A stretch of 64,000 nucleotides of DNA from positions 30,634-94,633 of the forward strand of contig CADCNH010000005.1 of the NCBI GenBank assembly GCA_902802755.1, in the 5' to 3' direction. Within the stretch, counting starts at the first letter, position 1. Each line of letters starts with the position of its first letter. Under the pieces are notes generated by a model. It searched no databases and had not been told where the DNA came from. It saw only the letters and a list, made by a program, of their open reading frames with translations. This document shows positions 36,199-45,155 of the stretch, piece after piece. The translations under genes and the position numbers were made by a program. Source of the DNA: an uncultured Bacteroidota bacterium. Its GTDB lineage: Bacteria; Bacteroidota; Bacteroidia; Bacteroidales; WCHB1-69.

Positions 36199-37014
36199 TT
36201 ATTCTAGACTAATTTTACTTTTAATCCTATCATAATCAACGTTTAAGTTTAAGAATGCGTTTCCATTAATACTTTGTGCTCTTAGTGGTCGACCTTTACT
36301 ATCTCGTTTACGGATAATAAAGTCTTTGTTGTTTTCAAAATTATTATTTTCATTATCAAAAAGAAGTTTTCCCCAATATTTCTCACTACGCATGACAACA
36401 AATAAGGGTTTGTCAGATTTGGACCGTTTCAGCAAATGCTTGATCAAATTTCTTGTGTATTCTTGAGTTGTAAGTTCAGTGGTAATATCGTTACAATATC
36501 TGGAAGAGTATGGCATTAGTTCTATGAGCGCTACCTTTTCATAAAATTCTTTATCACTCAGTTTAGTATCAGTTTTTAATTGTTCAAGTTTTTCCACCCA
36601 GTACCAATCTCCAATGAGCTGGAAGGCTGTGTATAGGTTCTCATTTTCTTCTTTTGAAGGCATCATCGAATTTACCTCATGAGTCAGGTGTTTATGCCAG
36701 TGTTTGGCTAAATCTTCGCTTATCTTTATACAGTTGTTTCTTAGAAATTTTGCGGCATCTTTATTGAGTTTTTCAACAAAACCTGGATTTAAGCTGAGAA
36801 AAATCACTTTGGCGGTATAGGGATTGCCTTGAAAAGGAATGGCAGGAACCCATTTAATGAATTTATGGTCTTCATCTTTTTTTTCATTGTATTTTTCGAT
36901 AACCTCTTTGTCAGCTTTATGAATCAAATCTGTGTTTTCATCATTGTAAAGATGTTCAAATGAATAATCTTTCCATGGATTCATTTTTTTTAGATCTTCA
37001 TCTGTTGTTTTCAT
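36199..37014 (-). CDS. hypothetical protein, low-GC islet gene; weak uracil-DNA-glycosylase-superfamily-like motifs
   Basis: PFQGNPYTAKVIFLSLNPGF (aa 59-79) and IELMPYSS (aa 164-171). G+C is about 22-35% in two hand-counted 60-nt lines. Confidence 0.5.
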   Translation of the reverse strand: MKTTDEDLKKMNPWKDYSFEHLYNDENTDLIHKADKEVIEKYNEKKDEDHKFIKWVPAIPFQGNPYTAKVIFLSLNPGFVEKLNKDAAKFLRNNCIKISEDLAKHWHKHLTHEVNSMMPSKEENENLYTAFQLIGDWYWVEKLEQLKTDTKLSDKEFYEKVALIELMPYSSRYCNDITTELTTQEYTRNLIKHLLKRSKSDKPLFVVMRSEKYWGKLLFDNENNNFENNKDFIIRKRDSKGRPLRAQSINGNAFLNLNVDYDRIKSKISLE

Positions 37015-37092
37015 ATTTTTATTTTGATAATTAATGTTTTCGATAATTCAAAATCAGGTTTGAAATAGTATGCTATTACCCAAATTCCAAGT

Positions 37093-37827
37093 TTAGTTTC
37101 TCCAATTGTACTCCGCACCGATTGTTTCCAAAACTTTATAAGCCCAGAACTCTTGTTCGAAACAAGGAGTATAACGCGCCATCAGGAGTCGGTCTTTTAG
37201 GCTTAGTTTGTCAGTGCCATAGATGTTCTGGAATGTAAAGCATCGTTGGTTGACAGTTTTCGGGAAATCCCAATCGAGCTGGTAAAAGACGGTACCCATT
37301 CGAGTCATCTTTTCAGGCTCGTCAAGTGGAACAGAGCAATTGTCCAACATGAACGCATAGTTTCCTGTCTCTTCGTAATCATCAAGACTTTTTATGCTCA
37401 ATGCCCAATAGTATACTCTATTGCTTTTCATTTCTACTTGTATCACATCTCCAGTATAAATCTCTTCCCCGTTAGTGTCAAGATAGTTTGTGAAGACTCC
37501 TGCAAACATAACTTTATGGGCATAGCCAAGTTTTTCGCAAGGATCGTTGAAAACTTTCATCACCACTTCAACTTGGTGCACATCTTTCCATCGGTCATCT
37601 TTCTCGAAGACATACATCTCATTGTTATAGAAAAAGAATTCCCCCAAAAAAGCATAGCCGAATTTTCCGTCTTTTACCACATATCGCACATTGATGTTGG
37701 GCAGGGAATCTATATTCCCAGTTTTAATCTCTTCTTTGTATTGTTCCGAAAGTTTTTTTAGACGATTTTCTGTGATAGCGGGATGTGTGCCGTTTTGGAA
37801 ATCACACCTGTATTGATTATTCTCCAT
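37093..37827 (-). CDS. hypothetical protein, low-GC islet gene; possible YopX-like segment
   Basis: DTNGEEIYTGDVIQV resembles the YopX core (DknGkeIyEGDiv). About 32% G+C in one hand-counted line. Confidence 0.45.
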   Translation of the reverse strand: MENNQYRCDFQNGTHPAITENRLKKLSEQYKEEIKTGNIDSLPNINVRYVVKDGKFGYAFLGEFFFYNNEMYVFEKDDRWKDVHQVEVVMKVFNDPCEKLGYAHKVMFAGVFTNYLDTNGEEIYTGDVIQVEMKSNRVYYWALSIKSLDDYEETGNYAFMLDNCSVPLDEPEKMTRMGTVFYQLDWDFPKTVNQRCFTFQNIYGTDKLSLKDRLLMARYTPCFEQEFWAYKVLETIGAEYNWRN

Positions 37828-37897
37828 AGTTGTTTATCTTTGATAATGCAAAGATAATATATAACTATGAAAAACTATGGCATAGTAAAAATTTTTA

Positions 37898-39346
37898 TTA
37901 GCATGGGCAGTCACGGTGGCGGAGCTCGACGAGGATGTCGGGGTATTTGGCACGGAGATGGGCGGCGGCGCATTCGGCGAAATAGGCAGAGCGGTGCTGG
38001 CCTCCGGTACAGCCGAAACTGACCATCAGGTGGTTGAACTCGCGTTCAATATAGTTATCTACTGCCATGTCTATGATACTGTGAACCCGCTGTTTGAAGC
38101 GGTCCACTTCCTCATATTTTTCCAGATATTCTTTTACACAGGCGTCCTTTCCTGAGAAGCTGCGGTATTGCGGCTCGCGACCGGGGTTGGGCAGACAGCG
38201 GCAGTCGAAGACAAAGCCCCCGCCATTTTCGCTGGGGTCTTGCGGCACGCCTTTCTTGAAAGAAAAGCTTTGCACCAGCACATGTAGCTTTTTGTCATCT
38301 TTGGCAGGTGCTTTTCCGCCAGTTATAAAGGTCCTGTCAACCCTTGTCAGTTGGTGCAGTATGTTTTTCAGGTAGCTGATATTTTCCGGCAGTTTGTCAC
38401 CCGTCAACAGGTAATTGATGTTGGTCATGGCGTAAGGAATACTCTGCAAAAAGTGGCTTTTCTTCTCGAAATAGCCACGATAACCGTAAGCTCCCATAGC
38501 CTGCATGATGCGAATCAGGACAAAACCATAAAAGTTTTTTCTGAAACTAGTGGTATCAACTGTGATATGTTTTTGTAATTCAGAAAGATATAAATCCAAT
38601 AAGGATTCTCTCAGCTCAAAAGGCAGGTCGGCTTTGCCGTCGAAAAGCAAGGAGGCGATGTCATAAAAGAAAGAGCCTTTTCTTCCTCCTTGGTAATCAA
38701 TGAAATAAACCTCACCGTCGTGAATCATGATGTTACGCGACTGAAAATCTCTGTACAAGAAGAAGTCGCTGTCGCATTGCAGCAGCTCGTCCATCAGCGT
38801 TTGGAAATCATTCTCCAGTTTCTGTTCATCGAAAGTGATTTTCGACAATTTCACAAAGTAATACTTGAAGTAGTTGAGGTCCCATTGCATCGACTGTCGG
38901 TCGAAGGCTTGGCGGGGATAGGCCACGGAAAAATCCAAGCCTTGTTTGCCCGTCATTTGAATCATTGGCAGTTGACGGATAACCTTTTGGTAATATTCGA
39001 TGACTTCGGGTGCAAGGGATTGTCCATCACGATGTTGCAGTAAAAATGAGTACAAGGTCTCATCTCCAAGATCACTCAGCAGATAATACTGTTCATTTTC
39101 ATGAATGTCAAAAAGTTGAGGTACATTAACTCCTTGTTTTTTGAAGAAACGGGTGTAGGCGAAAAACGCATGGTTCTCAGCCACATCTTCATTATAGACC
39201 CCCATCAAACTGGGTTTGCCATCAAAAAGCAGACGGCAGTATATGCGGACAGAGCCAGATTGCGGGATTTTCTCCATCTTGATACAAGGGCTCTGATAAT
39301 ACTTCTCCGCTAACTGTCGAAGTATAGTAGGCTCAAAATTTGACAT
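37898..39346 (-). CDS. aminoglycoside-phosphotransferase-fold kinase fused to RapZ-like C-terminal domain
   Basis: The N-terminal ~330 aa have APH/choline-kinase-type motifs (LYRDFQSRNIMI...FIDYQ). The C-terminus DCRCLPNPG...VSFGCTGGQHRSAYFAE matches the RapZ C-terminal domain signature. Confidence 0.65.
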   Translation of the reverse strand: MSNFEPTILRQLAEKYYQSPCIKMEKIPQSGSVRIYCRLLFDGKPSLMGVYNEDVAENHAFFAYTRFFKKQGVNVPQLFDIHENEQYYLLSDLGDETLYSFLLQHRDGQSLAPEVIEYYQKVIRQLPMIQMTGKQGLDFSVAYPRQAFDRQSMQWDLNYFKYYFVKLSKITFDEQKLENDFQTLMDELLQCDSDFFLYRDFQSRNIMIHDGEVYFIDYQGGRKGSFFYDIASLLFDGKADLPFELRESLLDLYLSELQKHITVDTTSFRKNFYGFVLIRIMQAMGAYGYRGYFEKKSHFLQSIPYAMTNINYLLTGDKLPENISYLKNILHQLTRVDRTFITGGKAPAKDDKKLHVLVQSFSFKKGVPQDPSENGGGFVFDCRCLPNPGREPQYRSFSGKDACVKEYLEKYEEVDRFKQRVHSIIDMAVDNYIEREFNHLMVSFGCTGGQHRSAYFAECAAAHLRAKYPDILVELRHRDCPC

Positions 39347-39367
39347 AATAATTTGATTTTCAAATGT

Positions 39368-39949
39368 TTATTTTAACCAATCCTCGTGAGCATAGGGCTT
39401 GTCTTCCAGATGGAATCTACCTTTTTTCAAGCCACGCATACCGTAATAATAGGGCTGGATTATTTCCAAGTCTTTCTCGTAATCTCCTGAAGGGTAGATG
39501 ACAGGTCCGACACCACCACGTTTGCTACGATAATCCAGATAACCTAACAACAAGGGTACTTCGGCCAATTGGGCAATCTTGTAAAATCCTTTTTTCCACT
39601 TGTCCACGCGTTTGCGTGTGCCTTCAGGGGAGATGAGAAAAGCGATTTCGTCGCTGTTTTTGATGAGTTCAGCGGCAAATTCAGGGAAATGGGCACCATG
39701 TTGTCTATCTACCGGAACACCTCCCATGGCTTTGAAGATGTATTTTATGGGAAAGAAAAATGCCTCTTTTTTCATCACGAAAGCTGTTTTTACCCCCATG
39801 TCCTTAAGAGCCATCCAGCCGATGATAAAGTCGCTTAGGCTGGTATGCGGAGCAAAGACCAGTACGCATTTTTTGGCTTCCGGGGCAATGTTGACAGTGT
39901 CGATTTTATAACCCAACAGTTTAAGCAGTATATGACAGAATTTTTTCAT
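39368..39949 (-). CDS. 1-acyl-sn-glycerol-3-phosphate acyltransferase family protein
   Basis: HTSLSD (HX4D) and SPEGTR motifs. Confidence 0.7.
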   Translation of the reverse strand: MKKFCHILLKLLGYKIDTVNIAPEAKKCVLVFAPHTSLSDFIIGWMALKDMGVKTAFVMKKEAFFFPIKYIFKAMGGVPVDRQHGAHFPEFAAELIKNSDEIAFLISPEGTRKRVDKWKKGFYKIAQLAEVPLLLGYLDYRSKRGGVGPVIYPSGDYEKDLEIIQPYYYGMRGLKKGRFHLEDKPYAHEDWLK

Positions 39950-39978
39950 GGCAATATAGAATTGTTAGCGGTAATTTT

Positions 39979-40899
39979 TTACTGAATGTTGAAGGACAGT
40001 ACACTATTGGTGTCATGAACCTCAAGTCTGGCCGTTCCTCCCATAATAATAGCTTTGTTGTCTTTAATGTGGCCGGCGGGGAAACCGAAACCGACAGGGT
40101 AGGTATAGTTAGCGCAATGTTCTGCTACAATCTCCTCGGCGGTTTTGCCGAAGGGGATGGTGTTGTCGTGCATGTCTGACAAGGCACCTATCACCAAACC
40201 AGCCAGGTGCTCCAGTTTGCCGTTGCGTTTCAGGTTCATCATCATGCGGTCAATATGATAAAGATATTCGTCCAAATCTTCAATAAACAGGATTTTCCCA
40301 TCCGTGTCAATGTCGGAATTGGAGCCGAGCAGTGAATAAAGCATGGAAAGATTGCCTCCTATTATTTCAGCGGTTGCTTCTCCAGGGTGATCCAGTGGGT
40401 GTGAAGGACCACTGTAGGTCAGTTTCTTGCCCCGCAAGGCATCCAGAAAACTGGTGTTGGCGGCTGGTGTGTTAGTAGGTATGTTGATAGCCAATGTTGA
40501 ATGCAGTGTGGCGGTGTGGCAGTGACGATGCACATGTGAATGAAAAACGGTGATGTCGCTGAAACCGCATATCCACTTGGGCTGTTGTATGAACTTGCTG
40601 AAGTCAAGCCTGTCGATAATTCGGACTGATCCGTATCCACCTCTGGCACAAAGGATAGCTTTGACTTCAGGATTGTCCAACATGGCTTGAAAGTCTTTGG
40701 CACGTTCTGAGTCATATCCTGCAAATTGGTTGTTGTCGGCGTATAGGTGCTCGCCTGGCAGCACTTGAAATCCTTCTTTGGTCAGCCATTGGATGGCGGG
40801 CTGCATTTCTTCTTCGGAGACCTTGCGTGCGGGTGCCACAATGCCAATGGTGTCGCCTGCTTGCAGAAAGGGAGGTATTTGTATGGTTTGTGATGGCAT
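39979..40899 (-). CDS. LD-carboxypeptidase (peptidase S66)
   Basis: GFSDIT nucleophile motif and C-terminal FPAGH. Confidence 0.75.
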   Translation of the reverse strand: MPSQTIQIPPFLQAGDTIGIVAPARKVSEEEMQPAIQWLTKEGFQVLPGEHLYADNNQFAGYDSERAKDFQAMLDNPEVKAILCARGGYGSVRIIDRLDFSKFIQQPKWICGFSDITVFHSHVHRHCHTATLHSTLAINIPTNTPAANTSFLDALRGKKLTYSGPSHPLDHPGEATAEIIGGNLSMLYSLLGSNSDIDTDGKILFIEDLDEYLYHIDRMMMNLKRNGKLEHLAGLVIGALSDMHDNTIPFGKTAEEIVAEHCANYTYPVGFGFPAGHIKDNKAIIMGGTARLEVHDTNSVLSFNIQ

Positions 40900-40902
40900 A
40901 AA

Positions 40903-41754
40903 TTAAAAGTTAAATCCGTGTTGACGGGTGATTTCTTGGGTTAATTCGCGCAACATAGTGCGTTCAGGACTGTGAAGCACTTTGTCTTTTACTTTTTTCA
41001 ATTTCTTGTTGACATATAAACCGCCAGTTTTGCCCTCTAATGTGGGATCCAAAGCCAGCATCAGCATAGTGGAGGCACCGTTTGTCGGAGTTTTGATGAT
41101 GGGACGGAAGAATAAGTCGCAAAGCTTGTCCACCACTTTGTTTCCCATTCGGATAATATTAGTGCTTACGATGCCAGGGTCTGCACAATTCACAGTAATA
41201 CCACGTTCTTTCCATTGTTCTGCTGCATCCATCGTAAAATAGAAGAATGCTTTTTTGGAGTCGGAATAGGTGACAAAGCGGTCAAAGTCTTTTTGACTGA
41301 CAGGTTTGAACAGCGTGGGTTTCAAATGTCCGTAGCGAACGGTCAAGGAAACCATATTCACCACTCGTGTGCCTTGCCCCATCAGAGGAAGCAACAGATG
41401 AGAGAGCACATAGTGACCTAAATAATTGACGCCCACTGTTTTTTCATAGTGTTCGGCGGTTTCTTCGGCCTTATGGCAGAGTGTGCCTGCATTGTTCAAG
41501 AGCAGGTCTATATGTTGAAATTCCTCTTGAATTTCATTGGTGAATTTCTTGATGGACTCAAAAGAGGCCAGATCAAGTTTTTTCAGTTGTATTTGGTCTG
41601 GATGTTGTTGTTTCAGTTGCTCATAGACAGGTGTGGCTTTGCCAAGGTCTCTGCATGCCATAACGACGTGATATCCCGCGTTGGCAACGTCACGAACCAA
41701 GGTGGCGCCCATACCTCCATTGGCACCAGTGATGATGGCTGTTTTCTGTTCCAT
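40903..41754 (-). CDS. short-chain dehydrogenase/reductase
   Basis: TGANGGMG cofactor loop and YSDSK catalytic motif. Confidence 0.8.
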   Translation of the reverse strand: MEQKTAIITGANGGMGATLVRDVANAGYHVVMACRDLGKATPVYEQLKQQHPDQIQLKKLDLASFESIKKFTNEIQEEFQHIDLLLNNAGTLCHKAEETAEHYEKTVGVNYLGHYVLSHLLLPLMGQGTRVVNMVSLTVRYGHLKPTLFKPVSQKDFDRFVTYSDSKKAFFYFTMDAAEQWKERGITVNCADPGIVSTNIIRMGNKVVDKLCDLFFRPIIKTPTNGASTMLMLALDPTLEGKTGGLYVNKKLKKVKDKVLHSPERTMLRELTQEITRQHGFNF

Positions 41755-41780
41755 ATAGAAACGTTTTGTGAGAGTGTATA

Positions 41781-43052
41781 TTAGGTTTTTTGTTTTTCCT
41801 TTTTGGCTGCGGGAAACAGCACGTTGTTCAAAATCAGACGATAACCTGCCGAGTTGGGGAACAGGTTGAGGTCAGTTGGTGGATCGTTGACCAAATGCTG
41901 GTAATCTTCAGGGTCGTGGCCAGCATAAAAAGTCCATGTGCCTTTGCCATATTCACCGTGAATATATCGTGCTTCGTCGAAAATCTTGCTCTCTCCCATA
42001 ATGGTGACGGTGGGTTTGATTAATGCTTTGCGGAAAGCGGTTGTTTGTCCCATGAAACCGGGAATCACAGTCAAGTGATTTTGGCACAGCATAGTTGGAA
42101 CGGGATCCCATTTGGCGGAGAACTCAAACAAGGTGAAATAATCGTTTTTCCGGTTGTTGATATGTACGGTCGGGTCCACATCTATATCGGAAACCTCGTA
42201 TTTGTAAGGGTTCTTTTCAATTTTGAAGTTGGTGAAAGCAAAGGTGTTGTCGTAGTTGAGTTTCTCTTGGGCATCCTTGTCCATCGGGTCGCCGTCAAAC
42301 ATCACATCGCAGATATCCACGCCATCCGCGGCCAGTGCGATGTCGAAGCTGTCGGGACCGGAACACATGGCGAAGAGGTAACCACCACCGGCCACAAAAT
42401 TGCGGATTTGCTTCACTACGGCCAATTTCATTTCCGACACTTTGGAAAAACCCAATAGCTGAGCTCTTTCCTCGTTTTCTTTCACATCCTGAATGTACCA
42501 GGCAGCATTGCGGTAGCTGCCCCAGAATTTGCCGTATTGTCCGGTAAAGTCCTCGTGATGCAGGTGCAACCAGTCGTATTTTGGCAAATCACCCTTGATG
42601 ACTTCCTCGTCGTAGATCACATCGTAGGGTATTTCCGCGTAGGTCAACACCAACGTCACCGCATCATCCCATGGCAATTTGTTTTTCGGGGAATAGACGG
42701 CGATTTTGGGCACTTTCGTCAACTTGATTTCATTCATGTTGTTCTCCACAGCGGCAATCTCTTGACGGATGGTGTTGGCTTGCACGTCGGCAATAACCTG
42801 GTAACTTACCCCTCTGATGATACATTCATCTTCCACAGTGCTGGAGTATGCGAACATGAAGCTGCCGCCGCGGTAGTTGAGCAACCAGCTGGCATCAACG
42901 CCTTCCTTGATGGCGAAATAGGCGATGCCGTAAGCTTTCAGATGGTTCTTCTGATCCATATCCATGGGTACCAGAATCGCGGTGGAAAATGCTGATAACC
43001 ATGTGGTAACCAGCAAAAACAGTAGGGTTAGTATTCGAATAATTCTTTTCAT
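41781..43052 (-). CDS. conserved exported protein of unknown function
   Basis: Signal peptide. The N-terminus ILVPMDMDQKNHLKAYGIAY...WLLNYRGGSF resembles a Bacteroidota family that, from memory, is often auto-labelled asparagine synthetase B. That label is not supported here. Confidence 0.5.
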   Translation of the reverse strand: MKRIIRILTLLFLLVTTWLSAFSTAILVPMDMDQKNHLKAYGIAYFAIKEGVDASWLLNYRGGSFMFAYSSTVEDECIIRGVSYQVIADVQANTIRQEIAAVENNMNEIKLTKVPKIAVYSPKNKLPWDDAVTLVLTYAEIPYDVIYDEEVIKGDLPKYDWLHLHHEDFTGQYGKFWGSYRNAAWYIQDVKENEERAQLLGFSKVSEMKLAVVKQIRNFVAGGGYLFAMCSGPDSFDIALAADGVDICDVMFDGDPMDKDAQEKLNYDNTFAFTNFKIEKNPYKYEVSDIDVDPTVHINNRKNDYFTLFEFSAKWDPVPTMLCQNHLTVIPGFMGQTTAFRKALIKPTVTIMGESKIFDEARYIHGEYGKGTWTFYAGHDPEDYQHLVNDPPTDLNLFPNSAGYRLILNNVLFPAAKKEKQKT

Positions 43053-43109
43053 TTAGTCTAAATCTATTAAACTTGCAAAAATAGCGAATTTATTTGACTT
43101 ATGGACCAT

Positions 43110-43135
43110 GAATTTAGTTTTTCAGTTTAACGTGG
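43110..43135. repeat. 26-nt direct repeat, copy A (GAATTTAGTTTTTCAGTTTAACGTGG)
   Basis: Matches 45130-45155 at 24 of 26 positions. Confidence 0.8.
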
Positions 43136-43175
43136 TTTTGTACAGGGTATCCGTGTTATCGCAGGATAAATTCAA

Positions 43176-44333
43176 TTAATCCTGTACAATTGGCATCCAT
43201 CGGTGGTTGCTATCTAAATGATAGTGGCCGAAAGGGAGTGTCAGTATACCCAGTATGATGTCACGGCGGCATAAATCAGCAGGGATATGTATTTCACAAA
43301 TCTCTCGGTAAACCCTATCATGCGGTTCAATGTATATGTGACATACCACTGAATCTGTATCCTCCAGCGTGATTTGTAGTTTTCTGAAAGGATGTTGTAT
43401 ATAAGCTTCGCGAGTCCACGTTGCTACACTGTCGGCATACAGCAATCTGTATTTTTCCACAGTGTTGTCATCAGCTGGTTCATTAAGGTTAATGTCTAAC
43501 TCGAAATCTGCTCGTCTTCGGCTGAATAGTTGAACTTGGTAGGGTTGACGTAATCCGGGCGATTTTTTGCACCAAGGCGTGAAATAGCATACGGGTATTT
43601 CGGTTTTGAAATCTTTCGCAAGCTTCTCGCATATAATGTACTGACGATCCAAGACTACTTTGTCATGGTGCTCTACAGCGTAACATATACTGTCTGCCAT
43701 TTGATTTAATCGCCCCTTTCTGGTATCAGTAGAAGAAGGCCAACCTTCCGCCACACGATATTGATGGTTGAAATAGCGGGCTCCTTGGGGAGTATTGAAT
43801 ATATTAGAATTGTCACGGTTAGAGTCCTCATCTGGACATTGGATATACGTAGCAGTTAGGTTCACACATTCGAACAAATCAGCAAGTCGTCGTGAGAAAT
43901 CAGGCGAGACGGACATTTCCCACCTATCTACATGAAGCGATTTCAATGCTGCCACCTTTTTTTTCATGACTTTCTGTTGTGAGGAGTCATAACCTTTCAG
44001 TAGATGTCTTTTTATTCTATCTTTGGCAAATAAGGCCTCATATATATTTACCGATGCTCGTTTTAAAATTATGGAACTGTCTTTTACCACAAAAGCATAT
44101 TCGGGGAGTTCGGGATAGGTGTTATACTGTGTGATCACCAGATAGTAGGGCTCCCATAATCCGATATAACCGGCATACGCTTGCTTGGGATTGTCATATA
44201 TCAAATATTTGTATATCAATTCGTGGTATGTTTTTCCTCCGTAGTATAATTGAGAGCATGGCACCAACAAATCCTGTGCCTTGCCACACAAAATGGTAGT
44301 CAAAAGGAGAATTAAAATGGTGAAATTACGCAT
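43176..44333 (-). CDS. exported protein of unknown function (385 aa)
   Basis: Signal peptide. No recognised motif. A hairpin TTGTACAGG...CCTGTACAA (43138-43189) spans its stop codon. Confidence 0.5.
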   Translation of the reverse strand: MRNFTILILLLTTILCGKAQDLLVPCSQLYYGGKTYHELIYKYLIYDNPKQAYAGYIGLWEPYYLVITQYNTYPELPEYAFVVKDSSIILKRASVNIYEALFAKDRIKRHLLKGYDSSQQKVMKKKVAALKSLHVDRWEMSVSPDFSRRLADLFECVNLTATYIQCPDEDSNRDNSNIFNTPQGARYFNHQYRVAEGWPSSTDTRKGRLNQMADSICYAVEHHDKVVLDRQYIICEKLAKDFKTEIPVCYFTPWCKKSPGLRQPYQVQLFSRRRADFELDINLNEPADDNTVEKYRLLYADSVATWTREAYIQHPFRKLQITLEDTDSVVCHIYIEPHDRVYREICEIHIPADLCRRDIILGILTLPFGHYHLDSNHRWMPIVQD

Positions 44334-44382
44334 AAAGACCTGTTTTATGTTGCAAACGTACTATAAAGTTCGTGCATAAATT

Positions 44383-44745
44383 TCAGCAACTCAACATTTC
44401 GGCAGGGGTGATTTTTAGAATGCGACAAAGCATGCGGGCAATCTTTAAAGTGGGTTCTGCCCGTCCTGTTACATAATCGTTGATTCGGGAAGGACTGATA
44501 CCAATTTGTTGAGCAAGTTGCTTCTGGGTCATCCCTTCTTCCTCAAGTGACATTTCAATCAATTCAGCCACAGAGGGTTTGCCGATGGGAAAATGCTCCT
44601 TTTCATAGTCAATGACAACATCTGACATCATGGTCAACTCAATGGCATTGCGGTCATTGGCGGGTGTGTCATCATTCACCAGCGGAAGAAGTTCTTCGAT
44701 TCTTGCCAGTGCAAACTCATACTGTTCTTTTGTTATTTTGCTCAT
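44383..44745 (-). CDS. higA: HigA-type antitoxin (XRE-family HTH)
   Basis: MTQKQLAQQIGISPSRINDYVTGRAEP helix-turn-helix. Lies immediately downstream of higB. Confidence 0.8.
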   Translation of the reverse strand: MSKITKEQYEFALARIEELLPLVNDDTPANDRNAIELTMMSDVVIDYEKEHFPIGKPSVAELIEMSLEEEGMTQKQLAQQIGISPSRINDYVTGRAEPTLKIARMLCRILKITPAEMLSC

Positions 44746-44747
44746 AA

Positions 44748-45047
44748 TTATATCGTTGAAGCGTCAATTTTATTATACTCACTGTGTGTTCCGACAAAGC
44801 GGACAAATAGGTGACTGATTGTGAATTTCACCACTACTACAAGGCGATATTTGTTTCCTTTGATGTTGAATACATAGTGTTGATTTCCTACATAATCCGT
44901 AGAAGGGAAGTCCACTTTAATATCGGACAGATTTCTCCAATCGGCTTTTTCCGCAACATTATACCAGCGTTCCAAAGCCGTTTTTGAGTCCCCATGTCCT
45001 TCTGCTTCGTAGAACTCAACTAATCGCCTGTGTGATACCACTCTCAT
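44748..45047 (-). CDS. higB: HigB-type (RelE-fold) toxin
   Basis: ...NIKGNKYRLVVVVKF...VRFVGTHSEYDKIDASTI is the typical HigB_toxin C-terminus. A TAttTTTG box lies just upstream. Confidence 0.8.
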   Translation of the reverse strand: MRVVSHRRLVEFYEAEGHGDSKTALERWYNVAEKADWRNLSDIKVDFPSTDYVGNQHYVFNIKGNKYRLVVVVKFTISHLFVRFVGTHSEYNKIDASTI

Positions 45048-45129
45048 ATCGCTTGCAAAAATACAAAAAATTTTGAAATATAGAATTATTGTGCATAAAA
45101 ATTTTACATATCAAAATTTTACATACTAG

Positions 45130-45155
45130 GAATTTAGTTTTTCAATTTAACGTAG
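45130..45155. repeat. 26-nt direct repeat, copy B (overlaps the stop codon and last 6 codons of the DUF4153-like gene)
   Basis: GAATTTAGTTTTTCAATTTAACGTAG. Confidence 0.8.

Noticed and set aside
31877-37897. Genomic island integrated at tRNA-Ala
   Set aside because: I found no integrase and no direct repeat of the tRNA 3' end. The four genes next to the tRNA have ordinary composition. Only the 35.7-37.9 kb block looks foreign.
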